A stretch of DNA of 64,000 nt from Gammaproteobacteria bacterium. GTDB taxonomy: Bacteria > Pseudomonadota > Gammaproteobacteria > Eutrophobiales > Eutrophobiaceae. How positions within the stretch are numbered: the first letter of the stretch is position 1; each line of letters begins with the position of its first letter. Under the pieces are notes generated by a model. That model was not told the DNA's origin, did not search any database, and was given only the letters and a program-made list of their open reading frames with translations. Where the stretch lies: contig CBDEUK010000001.1 in NCBI GenBank assembly GCA_965243205.1, positions 352,001 through 416,000 of the forward strand, written 5' to 3'. This document shows positions 30,490 to 41,711 of this stretch, in pieces. The translations under genes and the position numbers were made by a program.

Positions 30490-31844
30490 AAATTAGAAAT
30501 TTTTTCAGTTAATGTGATATGAATTCCTGAGAAACTGCCATTACTCATTATAACTATATGATCTTCAGGTTTAACAAAATTCACGACAGACTTAACTATT
30601 TCATCAATGTTGTTATGGACAGTGCATTGTTCTCCTAGACTTTCAGTTGCCTGAGTTAAATTCCATTTTACATCTGGTGATTGATATAAAAATACTCTAT
30701 CAGCATCGCTAAGAGATGGTGCTAACGTTTTACCATGTACACCTGATTTCATAGTATTTGATCTTGGCTCTAAAATAACAATGATTCTTGCATCACCGAC
30801 TTTATTTCGTAATGCATCAATGGTTAATTCTATGGCTGTAGGATGATGAGCAAAATCATCATATAAACAAATATTATTATACTCAGCTATCTTTTCTAAT
30901 CGACGTTTTACACTTTTAAATTCAGCTAACGCCTTTGATGACATTTTAGGATCTATTCCAATATGATTTGCTGCAGCAACTGCCGCAAGCGCATTTTCAG
31001 CATTATGTTTACCAATTAAGGGCCAATCTACCTTTGCTACTGTTTCATTTTGATATTGGATTTCAAACTGACTGTAATCATTGTTAGATATGGTGACTTT
31101 CCATAACCCTTGGTCAATAGAAAAAGAATCTATTGGTGTCCAACAACCTTGGTTGAGTGTTTTTGTTATATGATCACTTTTAGCATTTATTACTAATTTA
31201 CCTTGATTAGGTACAGTTCTAATTAAATGATGAAACTGAGTTTTAATTGCTTCAATATCATCAAAGATATCTGCATGATCAAATTCTAAATTATTAATGA
31301 CTAAGGTATCGGGATGATAATGAACAAATTTGGAACGTTTATCAAAAAATGCTGTGTCATATTCATCCGCTTCAATCACAAAGTATTTTGAATTTGTTAA
31401 TCTTGAAGAAACGGAAAAGTTTTCTGCAACACCACCAATTAAAAAACTTGGGTTTAACCCAGCGTATTCTAATATCCAACTTAACATTGACGTTGTGGTA
31501 GTTTTACCATGCGTACCAGAAACTGCTAGCACATGTTTATCTCGTAAAACATTTTGATATAACCATTCAGGTGCAGAACAGTATGGCAATTTATGATTGA
31601 GAATATACTCAACAATTTCATGGCCACGAGACATGGTATTACCAATCATAATGAGATCATGATCGTCCGATAAATGCTCTATCAGATAACCTTGTTGTAT
31701 CTCAACTCCTTGTTGTTCCAACATTGTACTCATGGGCGGATACACATTTTCATCGGACCCAGTCACTTCATGCCCAAGTTCACGAGCAATTAAAGCAATA
31801 CTGCCCATAAACGTCCCACAAATACCTAATATATGTAGTTTCAT
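30486..31844 (-). CDS. mpl: murein peptide ligase Mpl
   Basis: HILGICGTFMG, GTHGKTTT, EADEYDTAFFDKRSKF, DDFAHHPTAI, EPRSNTM. Confidence 0.96.
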   Translation of the reverse strand: MKLHILGICGTFMGSIALIARELGHEVTGSDENVYPPMSTMLEQQGVEIQQGYLIEHLSDDHDLIMIGNTMSRGHEIVEYILNHKLPYCSAPEWLYQNVLRDKHVLAVSGTHGKTTTTSMLSWILEYAGLNPSFLIGGVAENFSVSSRLTNSKYFVIEADEYDTAFFDKRSKFVHYHPDTLVINNLEFDHADIFDDIEAIKTQFHHLIRTVPNQGKLVINAKSDHITKTLNQGCWTPIDSFSIDQGLWKVTISNNDYSQFEIQYQNETVAKVDWPLIGKHNAENALAAVAAANHIGIDPKMSSKALAEFKSVKRRLEKIAEYNNICLYDDFAHHPTAIELTIDALRNKVGDARIIVILEPRSNTMKSGVHGKTLAPSLSDADRVFLYQSPDVKWNLTQATESLGEQCTVHNNIDEIVKSVVNFVKPEDHIVIMSNGSFSGIHITLTEKISNL

Positions 31845-32377
31845 GTATTTAACGCCTCAGGAATTAGCAATACCACTAATGCATTCATCAATAGATAATA
31901 CATGAGTGCAATCCCCAAACCACCGATAAAAAATATAGAAAACGCGTGTCGAAAAATATGTCCGTTAATAACTATATTCCATAACACTAGCATTGTTAAA
32001 AAGAATGAAATGATCGTTGTTATTTCAGGACTATCTTTAAACTGGTTTATTAAAAAAAGTAACGGAATACCTATGATACCAAATAGGCTGCCACACCCAG
32101 CGATTGCGGCTGTACTTTGCCGCCAGCGATTAGTGAAACCACATATCAATAAACAAAAAAAGACAAAGCTCATCAATAAAAAAATATCAATAAAGGCAAA
32201 CGGTATGGCGTATTCTGAAGATAAATATATATATGCAGTAATAAAACTAATAACAAAATAAATAATTAATAAGCTTGAAAATTCATTATGAGAAATTTTT
32301 ATATCTTGTGGCTTCTTTTTAAAAAATAAGATTTCAAAAAAATTCTGATAATGTGCTATTAGCTTTTGAACCAACAT
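31841..32377 (-). CDS. hypothetical membrane protein
   Basis: Five to six TM segments, stop overlaps mpl start; start codon uncertain (32377 or 32422). Confidence 0.65.
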   Translation of the reverse strand: MLVQKLIAHYQNFFEILFFKKKPQDIKISHNEFSSLLIIYFVISFITAYIYLSSEYAIPFAFIDIFLLMSFVFFCLLICGFTNRWRQSTAAIAGCGSLFGIIGIPLLFLINQFKDSPEITTIISFFLTMLVLWNIVINGHIFRHAFSIFFIGGLGIALMYYLLMNALVVLLIPEALNT

Positions 32378-32431
32378 GTAACTAACAATCTCCAACAATC
32401 CTAATACATTCAATTGTACCATTAATAAATG

Positions 32432-32468
32432 ATAGATATTTACTATCGATTTTATATATTTTATTTAA
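32432..32468 (+). promoter_or_regulatory. OxyR-like binding site upstream of dps
   Basis: ATAG-N7-CTAT-N7-ATAT-N7-TTAA abutting the expected -35 of a TAAAAT -10 at 32491. Confidence 0.55.
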
Positions 32469-32530
32469 TATATTTAAATTCAAAACCAGCTAAAATACGC
32501 AAAACTAAACAGGATTAACGGAGAAATACT

Positions 32531-32998
32531 ATGAAAATCGATATAGGTATCAATGAGTCTGATCGCAATGATATAGCACAAGGCTTGGCAAAATTACTTG
32601 CTGACTCTTACACTTTGTATTTAAAAACGCACAACTTTCATTGGAATGTAACTGGACCAATGTTCAGTACTTTACATACATTATTTGAAACTCAATATAC
32701 TGAACTGGCAACTGCTGTAGATGAAATCGCTGAACGCATACGGACATTAGGTGTAGCAGCGCCAGGCTCATATAAACAGTTTTCTGAACTTTCAACCATT
32801 GAAGAAGAAACCGCGGTTCCTAAGGCTGAAGAAATGATTAAACAATTAATTGTTGGTCAAGAAACCATCATTCAAACTGCTCGAGAAATTTTTCCACTCG
32901 TCGAGAAAGCGAATGATGAACCAAGCGCGGACCTTTTGACTCAAAGAATGCAAATTCATGAAAAAAATGCCTGGATGTTACGTAGTCATTTAGAATAA
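32531..32998 (+). CDS. dps: Dps family DNA protection/ferroxidase protein
   Basis: LYLKTHNFHWNVTGPMF..LH..FE.QY, DEIAERIR, HEK.AWMLRS. Confidence 0.95.
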   Translation: MKIDIGINESDRNDIAQGLAKLLADSYTLYLKTHNFHWNVTGPMFSTLHTLFETQYTELATAVDEIAERIRTLGVAAPGSYKQFSELSTIEEETAVPKAEEMIKQLIVGQETIIQTAREIFPLVEKANDEPSADLLTQRMQIHEKNAWMLRSHLE

Positions 32999-33100
32999 CT
33001 AAACAGACCTACACGGATGTAGCTGTCTTTTACAAAAATTTTATTGTCATTAATGCAAATGTTATCCTTGATAAATCTTAAGACCAATAAGGCTGAACTA

Positions 33101-33589
33101 ATGCGACTTATTATAAAACTATTTACCTTACCCTTTTTAATTCTATTTTCTACTTTTTCCATCGCTATGGAAGAAACCTCTACTTATTTAGAGCCTCAAG
33201 ATATATCTGATGCGGAATGGAATAACATCAATGGAAAAGTAAGAGTCTACAACGGCTGTCTTAATCAAGAAATGGTCAAATGGGTAGGTCAAGGCACTGA
33301 CCCAAGAGCTGTATCTGATCAAGTGTTGGAGCTATGCAGCTTCCATTTAATCGAATTAGAAAAAGAAATGGGTGATAAAAACATTAATCCTGAGTTTACC
33401 AAACGTTTTATTTATGCCAGTAAAAACAAAGCTGCAAAAAAAATGCTTGGTACGATTATGATGTTAATGTCACAATCTCAACAAGCAAGAGAAGCTGGTA
33501 TACAAGCACAAGAATCGGCTAATGCAGAAGAACAAAACCCATCACCAGTAAATACCAAACCCCATATAACCGTTATCAAACAAAATTAA
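33101..33589 (+). CDS. hypothetical exported protein
   Basis: Signal peptide from ATG 33101 (MRLIIKLFTLPFLILFSTFSIA), Cys pair. Confidence 0.6.
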   Translation: MRLIIKLFTLPFLILFSTFSIAMEETSTYLEPQDISDAEWNNINGKVRVYNGCLNQEMVKWVGQGTDPRAVSDQVLELCSFHLIELEKEMGDKNINPEFTKRFIYASKNKAAKKMLGTIMMLMSQSQQAREAGIQAQESANAEEQNPSPVNTKPHITVIKQN

Positions 33590-33595
33590 ACGGAA

Positions 33596-34084
33596 TTAAA
33601 CGGAATTTATATTTTTACTAAACAAAGGCCTTAATTGTTTTAAGGCCTTTTGATATACCGAACGTTTGAAAGACACAACGTTGTCAACAGGATACCAATA
33701 ATCTACCCAACGCCACTTATCAAATTCAGGTGTATCACTCTGATCAAAACGAAAATCAGACTCAGATGACTTAAGTTTAACTAAATACCAGACTTGTTTC
33801 TGACCGATACAGACTGGCTTCACATTATGACGTATAAAACGTTTAGGTAATTTGTATCTTAACCATCCATCAGTACAACCGATGATGTCAACCTGCTCGG
33901 GCAACAAACCAACTTCCTCATTTAATTCTCTAAACATCGCAGTTTCAGCCGACTCTTTAGCCTTAATACCACCTTGTGGAAACTGCCATGCATCCATACC
34001 AATACGCCTTGCCCAGAATAATTTTCCAGAATCATTAGAAATAATGATACCAACGTTTGGCCGATAACCATCTTTATCAATCAT
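33596..34084 (-). CDS. rppH: RNA pyrophosphohydrolase RppH
   Basis: [21 protein letters not shown], Nudix box [25 protein letters not shown]. Confidence 0.97.
   Translation of the reverse strand: MIDKDGYRPNVGIIISNDSGKLFWARRIGMDAWQFPQGGIKAKESAETAMFRELNEEVGLLPEQVDIIGCTDGWLRYKLPKRFIRHNVKPVCIGQKQVWYLVKLKSSESDFRFDQSDTPEFDKWRWVDYWYPVDNVVSFKRSVYQKALKQLRPLFSKNINSV
33624..33651 (+). terminator. probable terminator of the 33101 gene, inside the rppH 3' end
   Basis: AAAGGCCTTAA-TTGTT-TTAAGGCCTTT hairpin. Confidence 0.55.
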
Positions 34085-34213
34085 GCTAATTCAGGCCTAA
34101 TTTTATTTATAACTTATTTTTCCATAATAATGACTGACTTGGCAATTCATAATATCTAATTCGTCCAAACTGCTTTAAACTCAGCGCTAAATTTTTAGTA
34201 TGAATTATATTTT

Positions 34214-34870
34214 ATGAAGTTAGCATTATTTGATTTAGATAATACCTTAATCGCCAATGACAGCGATTATCTGTGGGGAGAATTTCTGACCGAAAATGGT
34301 TATGTCGATGGTAATAGTTATAAAGAAGGTCATGATCGTTTCTATGAAGATTATCTCAACGGCGTTTTAGATATTGATGAATTCTTAAAATTTCAATTAC
34401 ACCCTCTTTCAACTCAACCTATTTCAGTACTTGAAGAATGGCGTGAACGTTACCTCGAAGAGAAAATTCAACCATATATGTTGCCTGCAGCAAAAGAATT
34501 GATTGAAAAACATCGCCAACAAAACCATATTTTAATGATTATCACGGCAACAAACCGTTTTATCACTCAACCAATTGCAAACATGCTCAATGTTGAACAT
34601 CTAATTGCCTGCGAACCAGAAGTTAAAGACGGTCGTTATACAGGTGACTATGTTGACGTTCCTTCTTTTCAAGAAGGTAAAGTCACTCGTTTAAATAACT
34701 GGTTAAAACAACAGGAGCAGGAATTAACTGAAAGTTGGTTTTACAGTGATTCTCGTAACGATATCCCTTTGTTAGATATAGTCGATCATGCAACGGCTGT
34801 TGACCCAGATGAGACTTTAAAAAACTACGCGATTGAAAAAGATTGGCCCGTTATATCTTTACGTAAATAA
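34214..34870 (+). CDS. HAD-IB family hydrolase (SerB/histidinol-phosphatase-like)
   Basis: LALFDLDNTL, ITATN, GKV, FYSDSRNDIPLL; divergent from rppH. Confidence 0.88.
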   Translation: MKLALFDLDNTLIANDSDYLWGEFLTENGYVDGNSYKEGHDRFYEDYLNGVLDIDEFLKFQLHPLSTQPISVLEEWRERYLEEKIQPYMLPAAKELIEKHRQQNHILMIITATNRFITQPIANMLNVEHLIACEPEVKDGRYTGDYVDVPSFQEGKVTRLNNWLKQQEQELTESWFYSDSRNDIPLLDIVDHATAVDPDETLKNYAIEKDWPVISLRK

Positions 34871-34873
34871 CAT

Positions 34874-34900
34874 AAAAAAAGCACCATTCGGTGCTTTTTT
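34874..34900. terminator. bidirectional intrinsic terminator
   Basis: A7-GCACC-ATTC-GGTGC-T6 between convergent genes. Confidence 0.9.
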
Positions 34901-34923
34901 GAAAATTAAATCCATATCAAAGG

Positions 34924-35907
34924 TTATGATGGTAATAAGTGCGCTATAGCACTCCTTTCTTCCTCAAGTTCTTGAAGAGTGATATCCATTTTCTGCCGAC
35001 TAAACTCATTTACATCAAGCCCTTGAACAATATGATACTTACCATCAGAACAAGTCACTGGAAATGAATAAATCACTTCCTCAGGAATACCATAACTACC
35101 ATCACTTGGTACTGCCATACTAACCCATTCACCATCTGTAGTACCAAGCGTCCAGTCTCGCATGTGCTCTAAAGCTGCGTTTGCAGCGGATGCGGCACTT
35201 GAAGCACCTCGAGCATCGATAATTTCTGCTCCACGCTTAGCAACACGAGGGATATATTCATTTTCATACCAATTCGAATCAACTAAACCAGGAGCGGAAT
35301 CTCCATTGATAGTCGCATGAGAGATATCAGGATATTGAGTTGGCGAATGATTTCCCCAAATACACAAATTATTAATAGCATCGACAGTAGAGTTTGTCTT
35401 ATTCGCTAATTGAGCTAAAGCTCGATTGTGATCCAGTCGAGTCATTGCAGTAAAATTTGCTGAGTTCAAATCCGGAGCATTTTTCATTGCTATATAAGCA
35501 TTTGTGTTAGCAGGATTCCCTACTACAAGCACTTTCACATCACTGGAGGCATTGTCGTTTAAAGCCTTTCCTTGTGCATTGAAAATCGCAGCATTACCTT
35601 CTAGTAAATCAGCCCGTTCCATACCTGGCCCACGTGGTTTAGCGCCGACCAACATTGCATAATCAACATCTTTAAAAACCACATTAGCATCATCACCTGC
35701 TACAAAACCCTGGCATGTTGGGAATGCGCAATCCTCTAACTCCATGATGACACCTTCAACGGCTTTTAAAGCCGGTGTAATTTCTAACAAGTGTAAAATC
35801 ACCGGCTGGTCTTTACCTAACATTTCCCCTGCGGCTATTCGAAATAGCAACGCATAACCGATTTGACCTGCAGCACCTGTAACGGCTATACGAACGGGTT
35901 GTTTCAT
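34924..35907 (-). CDS. mdh: malate dehydrogenase (type 2, cytosolic-like)
   Basis: [12 protein letters not shown]-type start, [34 protein letters not shown]. Confidence 0.96.
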   Translation of the reverse strand: MKQPVRIAVTGAAGQIGYALLFRIAAGEMLGKDQPVILHLLEITPALKAVEGVIMELEDCAFPTCQGFVAGDDANVVFKDVDYAMLVGAKPRGPGMERADLLEGNAAIFNAQGKALNDNASSDVKVLVVGNPANTNAYIAMKNAPDLNSANFTAMTRLDHNRALAQLANKTNSTVDAINNLCIWGNHSPTQYPDISHATINGDSAPGLVDSNWYENEYIPRVAKRGAEIIDARGASSAASAANAALEHMRDWTLGTTDGEWVSMAVPSDGSYGIPEEVIYSFPVTCSDGKYHIVQGLDVNEFSRQKMDITLQELEEERSAIAHLLPS

Positions 35908-35936
35908 ACTATTTTTCTCCAGTTTTGGTTTTAATA

Positions 35937-37232
35937 CTATCCTCGTTTATCTATCGGTACATAATCCCGTTTTTCAGAACCAATGTATAACTGTCTTGGT
36001 CGACCGATACGGAATTCAGGATCTTCCATTAACTCTAACCACTGAGAAATCCAACCAACAGAACGTGCAAGAGCAAAAATGACTGTATACATACTGGTCG
36101 GAATGTTTAGAGCTTTAAGAATAATGCCCGAATAGAAATCCACATTTGGATATAATTTACGTTCAATAAAATAATCGTCTTTTAATGCAATTTCTTCTAA
36201 TCGCATAGCGGTTTCAAACATTGGTTGATCAATGCCTTCAAGTTCACCTAATAAATCATGACACGCTTTGCGAATGATAGTGGCTCTAGGATCAAAGTTT
36301 TTATATACACGATGACCAAATCCCATTAAACGAAATGGGTCACTTTTATCTTTTGCTCGATCAACAAATTGTGAAATATTTTTAGCATCACCAATTTGAT
36401 CAAGCATATTGATCACGGCTTCATTAGCGCCGCCATGAGCTTTACCCCAAAGAGTAACAATACCTGCTGAGATACACGCAAATGGATTCGCTTCAGCACT
36501 ACCGGCTAAACGTACAGTTGAGGTAGAAGCATTTTGTTCATGATCAGCATGAAGGATTAATAATAAATCTAATGCTTTAATTGCTACTGGGCTTGGTTCG
36601 TAATTACGACATGGTATTGAAAACATCATATTTAAAAAGTTTTCAACATAACTCAGATCACTTCGTGAATAGACAAATGGATGACCAACAGAATGCTTAT
36701 AACAGTGAGCAGCAAGAATAGGCATCTTTGCAATGACTCGTTTCGCAGTTAAATCGCGATCTTCAGGATCATTCAGATCCATCGCTTCATGATAGTAAGA
36801 TGATAATGCCCCTGTGACACCGATTAAAATCGACATTGGATGAGCATCATGCAAATAGCCAGAATAAAAACGCTCTAAATGCTCATGCACTAAATTGCGG
36901 CGATTCAGTTCAGAGCGAAACTCCGTAAATTGCTGCTCAGTTGGTAGTTCGCCATAGAGCATTAAATAACATACTTCGAGGTATGAACTCTGTTCTGCCA
37001 ACTGATCAATTGGATATCCACGGTGCAATAGAATACCTTCTTCACCATCTAAATATGTAATTGAACTGCGGCATGCAGCGGTAGTGACAAAGCCTGGGTC
37101 AAACGCAAACATTCCTAGTTCTTTATATAAGGCTTTAGTATCAATCACTGGCGCACCATAGGTACCGGTCATTACCGGGCATTCCAGTTCTTTGCCTGTG
37201 TCTTTGTCTTTAATAATCACAGTTTTTGACAT
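35937..37232 (-). CDS. gltA: citrate synthase
   Basis: [55 protein letters not shown]; ATG 37232 with GGAGAG SD. Confidence 0.97.
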   Translation of the reverse strand: MSKTVIIKDKDTGKELECPVMTGTYGAPVIDTKALYKELGMFAFDPGFVTTAACRSSITYLDGEEGILLHRGYPIDQLAEQSSYLEVCYLMLYGELPTEQQFTEFRSELNRRNLVHEHLERFYSGYLHDAHPMSILIGVTGALSSYYHEAMDLNDPEDRDLTAKRVIAKMPILAAHCYKHSVGHPFVYSRSDLSYVENFLNMMFSIPCRNYEPSPVAIKALDLLLILHADHEQNASTSTVRLAGSAEANPFACISAGIVTLWGKAHGGANEAVINMLDQIGDAKNISQFVDRAKDKSDPFRLMGFGHRVYKNFDPRATIIRKACHDLLGELEGIDQPMFETAMRLEEIALKDDYFIERKLYPNVDFYSGIILKALNIPTSMYTVIFALARSVGWISQWLELMEDPEFRIGRPRQLYIGSEKRDYVPIDKRG

Positions 37233-37542
37233 TGAACAACTCTCCAAAGGTCTATTTCGTATATTTTTTACGACGTATAAATTTTTTTATAAACCATTAA
37301 GCATACAGGGCAGTGCAACAAACTAGCAAGGAAAAATCTCTATGTAATCTCCTTATAACTCTCGCACTATTAAATATTTTCATATATAACAATAATTTAT
37401 ATTTGTTAGCTGAAAAAAATTTATTTTGCTATGCAACATTTTTTAGTCTATCATAACATTGAAACAATTAAGAGTAACAACTCACCTCTAGTGGAGAATC
37501 GCCATAGATGTGAAGCAATTTGTGTCGGTTTATGCCGTGTAA

Positions 37543-40371
37543 ATGAATAATCATCGTAAAACATCCCATTTATTTTCCGCAAATCTCGAGTTAGTCGAGT
37601 CCTTATATACAGAGTTTTTAAAAGAACCTGAGTCAGTATCGGCTGAATGGCAGGAATACTTCAAAAATTTTGATGAAAACGTCATACAGCCAAAGCAAGC
37701 TCCTCGAGCAAATAAAGCTCGTGTAGCCGCAAATAACCACTTTCAACCTGTTAATCAGGCTGGACTTATAAGAAAACAAGTATCTGTTTTGCAACTTATC
37801 AATGCCCATCGATTTCGCGGTCATCGTGAAGCTAATCTAAACCCTCTTCAATACAGGGAACGCCCCAAAGTCGATGAACTGGATTATCACTACCACGATT
37901 TAACCGAAGACGATCTAAATACCCAATTTAATACAGGTTCATTAGTCGGCTCAGAAACCGCCTCATTGAAAAACATCATTGAGCAAGTTAAACAAACATA
38001 CTGTGGTTCAATTGGTGCAGAATATATGCACATCAATGACACAACTCAAAAGCGATGGATTCAACAACGTTTAGAAAGTTGTCGTGCTCAACCTAATTTT
38101 GATCGGAATATGCAATGTAATATTCTGGAACGCATAATCGCCGCAAATGTTCTCGAGGAATATCTACATAATCGATACGTTGGGCAAAAACGTTTTTCAC
38201 TTGAAGGTGGCGAAAGCTTAATTCCTTTACTCGATCATATTATCGAAAATGCCGGTGCAACCGATATTCAAGAGGTAGTCGTCGGTATGGCTCATAGAGG
38301 CAGGTTGAATGTCTTAATTAATATTCTAGGCAAAGATCCAGCGATTTTATTTGACGAATTTGAGGGTGCTCATACCCAAGAAAGTAGCTCTGGCGATGTA
38401 AAATATCATTTAGGCTATTCTTCCAATATCTCCACTGAAGCTGGTAGTTCAGTACATTTAACATTGGCATTTAATCCATCTCATTTAGAGATCATCGATC
38501 CTGTGGTAGAAGGTTCAGTAAGAGCTAGACAAGATCGAAGAGAAGATATTGAACATAAAGAAGTTTTACCTATTTTGATCCATGGCGATGCTGCATTTGC
38601 TGGACAAGGTGTAGTCATGGAAACGTTTAACTTATCGCAGACTCGCGGTTATAAAACTGGCGGCACTATACACATTATTATCAATAACCAAATTGGTTTC
38701 ACCACCAGTGACCCATTAGATTCCCGTTCGACATTATACTGCACCGATGTTGCAAAGATGGTACAAGCGCCTATTTTTCATGTGAATGGCGACGATCCTG
38801 AAGCTGTAGTATTTCTAACTAAGCTTGCGGTTGATTATCGAAAAGAATTCAAAAAAGATATCGTGATCGACATGATCTGTTACCGCAAACACGGTCATAG
38901 TGAAGCTGACGAACCTGCCACGACTCAACCCATGATGTATAAAAGTATTCGTAAACACCCAGGCGTTCGCGATAAATATGCTGCAAAATTGATCAATGAT
39001 AATGTCATTACTCGAGTCAATCTCGAGCAGATGGAAATTGATTACATCAAATCATTAGAGAACAATGAAACCGTTTCAGCTCCGAAACTCAATGAATTCC
39101 AATCCAATTATTTGATCAATTACGACCGTTACAAAAATCAAAATTGGAATATGGATGTCGTTACGACGATTTCACAAGGCTTAATCGATGAAATAACCTC
39201 AATCATTACGACTACACCAGAAGGTTATCAATTACATCCTGCAGTAGAAAAAATTCTAACTGGTCGTAAAAAAATGGCGCAGGGTGAGATTCCTTTTGAT
39301 TGGGGTTTTGCTGAAATGATGGCTTATGGCAGCTTGATCGATCGTGGTTATGCAATTCGGATCTCAGGGCAAGATAGCTCTCGTGGTACTTTTTTTCATC
39401 GTCATTCTGTCATACATAATCAAGCTAACGGTGAAAGTTACGTACCACTTCAGCATATGAAGCCTGAACAACCACAATTCATGGTGATTGATTCTACTTT
39501 GTCTGAGGAAGCAGTCTTAGCATATGAATTTGGCTATAGCAGTTCTGCACCTGAAACATTAGTGATTTGGGAAGCGCAATTTGGCGACTTCGCTAATGGC
39601 GCCCAAGTAGTATTTGATCAATTCATTAGCTCCTGTGAAGCCAAATGGGATCGCTATTGTGGATTAACCGTTCTCCTACCCCATGGTTATGATGGTCAAG
39701 GTCCCGAACATTCATCAGCAAGATTAGAACGTTTCTTACAATTATGCGCGCAAGAAAACATGCAAATTTGCATTCCAAGTACTGCTGCACAAATGTTTCA
39801 TATGTTACGTCGTCAAATGATAAGGCCTTATCGAAAACCGTTAATTGTGATGAGTCCAAAAAGCTTATTACGCAATAAACTTTCCTGTTCTCATATTGAT
39901 GAACTAACAGACGGTGAATTCCAGTTGGTCATCAATGAACAAGATGATTTGGATCCAAATAAAGTTTGCCGCCTCTTATTTTGTACCGGTAAAGTTTATT
40001 ATGATTTGTTAAAAGCTCGTCGTGAAAACGAGTTACTTAATGTCGCTATTGCTCGTATTGAACAACTATTTCCATTCCCAGCGGAGGCAGTACGATGTGT
40101 GATACAAAATTATCCAAATTTAAAAGAAGTTGTCTGGGTTCAAGAAGAACCTAAAAACCAAGGCAGTTGGTACTATATGCAATCTCGTAGAACCATGATT
40201 GGTGTTTTGGATGATCATCATCAATTTGGTTATGCAGGTAGACAATATTCAGCTTCACCTGCAGCAGGGACAATGGCGATGCATCTCGAACAACAACGCC
40301 AACTAATTGCCGATGCATTAGAGTTAGATAAGCTTGAAGTCACCCATAAAAAGAGTATTTTACAAACATAA
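37543..40371 (+). CDS. sucA: 2-oxoglutarate dehydrogenase E1
   Basis: GQKRFSLEGGE, GMAHRGRLN, GDVKYH, HGDAAFAGQG, WEAQFGDFANGAQ, GPEHSSAR. Confidence 0.97.
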   Translation: MNNHRKTSHLFSANLELVESLYTEFLKEPESVSAEWQEYFKNFDENVIQPKQAPRANKARVAANNHFQPVNQAGLIRKQVSVLQLINAHRFRGHREANLNPLQYRERPKVDELDYHYHDLTEDDLNTQFNTGSLVGSETASLKNIIEQVKQTYCGSIGAEYMHINDTTQKRWIQQRLESCRAQPNFDRNMQCNILERIIAANVLEEYLHNRYVGQKRFSLEGGESLIPLLDHIIENAGATDIQEVVVGMAHRGRLNVLINILGKDPAILFDEFEGAHTQESSSGDVKYHLGYSSNISTEAGSSVHLTLAFNPSHLEIIDPVVEGSVRARQDRREDIEHKEVLPILIHGDAAFAGQGVVMETFNLSQTRGYKTGGTIHIIINNQIGFTTSDPLDSRSTLYCTDVAKMVQAPIFHVNGDDPEAVVFLTKLAVDYRKEFKKDIVIDMICYRKHGHSEADEPATTQPMMYKSIRKHPGVRDKYAAKLINDNVITRVNLEQMEIDYIKSLENNETVSAPKLNEFQSNYLINYDRYKNQNWNMDVVTTISQGLIDEITSIITTTPEGYQLHPAVEKILTGRKKMAQGEIPFDWGFAEMMAYGSLIDRGYAIRISGQDSSRGTFFHRHSVIHNQANGESYVPLQHMKPEQPQFMVIDSTLSEEAVLAYEFGYSSSAPETLVIWEAQFGDFANGAQVVFDQFISSCEAKWDRYCGLTVLLPHGYDGQGPEHSSARLERFLQLCAQENMQICIPSTAAQMFHMLRRQMIRPYRKPLIVMSPKSLLRNKLSCSHIDELTDGEFQLVINEQDDLDPNKVCRLLFCTGKVYYDLLKARRENELLNVAIARIEQLFPFPAEAVRCVIQNYPNLKEVVWVQEEPKNQGSWYYMQSRRTMIGVLDDHHQFGYAGRQYSASPAAGTMAMHLEQQRQLIADALELDKLEVTHKKSILQT

Positions 40372-40411
40372 TTAAACTATGCTTTTATAAACTTTAGGAG
40401 ATTCTTTTTCA

Positions 40412-41707
40412 GTGTTAATAGACATTAAAGTTCCAATGCTTGCCGAGTCAGTTTCGGAGGCAACCTTAGTTAACTGGCATAAAAAACCTGGCGAAGTAAT
40501 TAAACGTGGCCAAAATCTTATTGATATAGAAACCGATAAAGTTACATTAGAAATTACTGCTCCTGAAGATGGCGTTTTAGAAGAAATACTGAAGGAAGAT
40601 GGTATGGATGTTTCCAGTGATGAAATCATTGCTCGCATTAATCCCAATAGTTCAGGATTACAACAAGAGGATGAATTACAACTAAAACAGACAGAACTTC
40701 CTGTTCTTGATGAATCACAAGTTGTGGATCTTAATGCGCATGAAGATTCACCAAATTTTCAAGATATTAAACTTAGTCCTGCTGTGCGAAATATGGCCGA
40801 AAACTTTAATGTTGATTTAACTCGTGTCGATCATGAAAAAGATCGTATCACTAAATCAAATATCATCGATCATGTTTCAGAAAATAAATTAGAACAGTCA
40901 AAAGACTTTGACTCAACGTTAGCTTTTACTGCTGTCGATAAAAGCCTGGAAAACTCTGAAACTGTTCAACCAATTAATACTACGACCATAACTCACAATG
41001 TTAACGATGAGGCAGAACATCGAGTTCCAATGAATCGTTTACGACAACGGATAGCAGAGCGACTATTAAACGCTCAGCAAGAAAATGCTATCTTAACTAC
41101 ATTCAATGAAGTCAACATGCAGCCTGTAATGGATTTACGCAAACGCTATAAAGATGAGTTTGAACAAGCGCATGGTGTAAAACTTGGTTTCATGTCTTTT
41201 TTTACCAAAGCCGTTATTGAAGCATTAAAAAAATTTCCTGTATTGAATGCTTCAGTAGATGGAACTGATATCGTTTACCATAACTATTATGATATTGGCA
41301 TCGCTGTCAGTTCTCCCAAAGGATTATTCGTTCCTATCGTACGTAACGCAGATGAAAAAAATTTAGCCCAAATTGAAACAGAAATTCGGCAATATGGTGA
41401 TAATGCACAGAATGGGCAACTGGATATACAAGATATGCAAGGAGGGACTTTCACTATAACAAATGGTGGTGTATTCGGATCGTTACTATCCACTCCTATT
41501 CTTAACCCTCCACAAAGTGCAATACTCGGTATGCATAAAATTGAAGATCGGCCGATAGCAGAGAATAATCAAGTTGTGATTCGACCCATGATGTATTTAG
41601 CACTATCTTATGATCACAGAATTATTGATGGACGCGAAGCAGTACAATTTTTAGTCGCGATTAAAGACCAACTAGAAGATCCAACAAGATTACTACTACA
41701 AATATAA
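40412..41707 (+). CDS. sucB: dihydrolipoamide succinyltransferase E2
   Basis: Lipoyl motif IETDKV, LSPAVR E3-binding segment, [19 protein letters not shown]. Confidence 0.96.
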   Translation: MLIDIKVPMLAESVSEATLVNWHKKPGEVIKRGQNLIDIETDKVTLEITAPEDGVLEEILKEDGMDVSSDEIIARINPNSSGLQQEDELQLKQTELPVLDESQVVDLNAHEDSPNFQDIKLSPAVRNMAENFNVDLTRVDHEKDRITKSNIIDHVSENKLEQSKDFDSTLAFTAVDKSLENSETVQPINTTTITHNVNDEAEHRVPMNRLRQRIAERLLNAQQENAILTTFNEVNMQPVMDLRKRYKDEFEQAHGVKLGFMSFFTKAVIEALKKFPVLNASVDGTDIVYHNYYDIGIAVSSPKGLFVPIVRNADEKNLAQIETEIRQYGDNAQNGQLDIQDMQGGTFTITNGGVFGSLLSTPILNPPQSAILGMHKIEDRPIAENNQVVIRPMMYLALSYDHRIIDGREAVQFLVAIKDQLEDPTRLLLQI

Positions 41708-41711
41708 ACTT

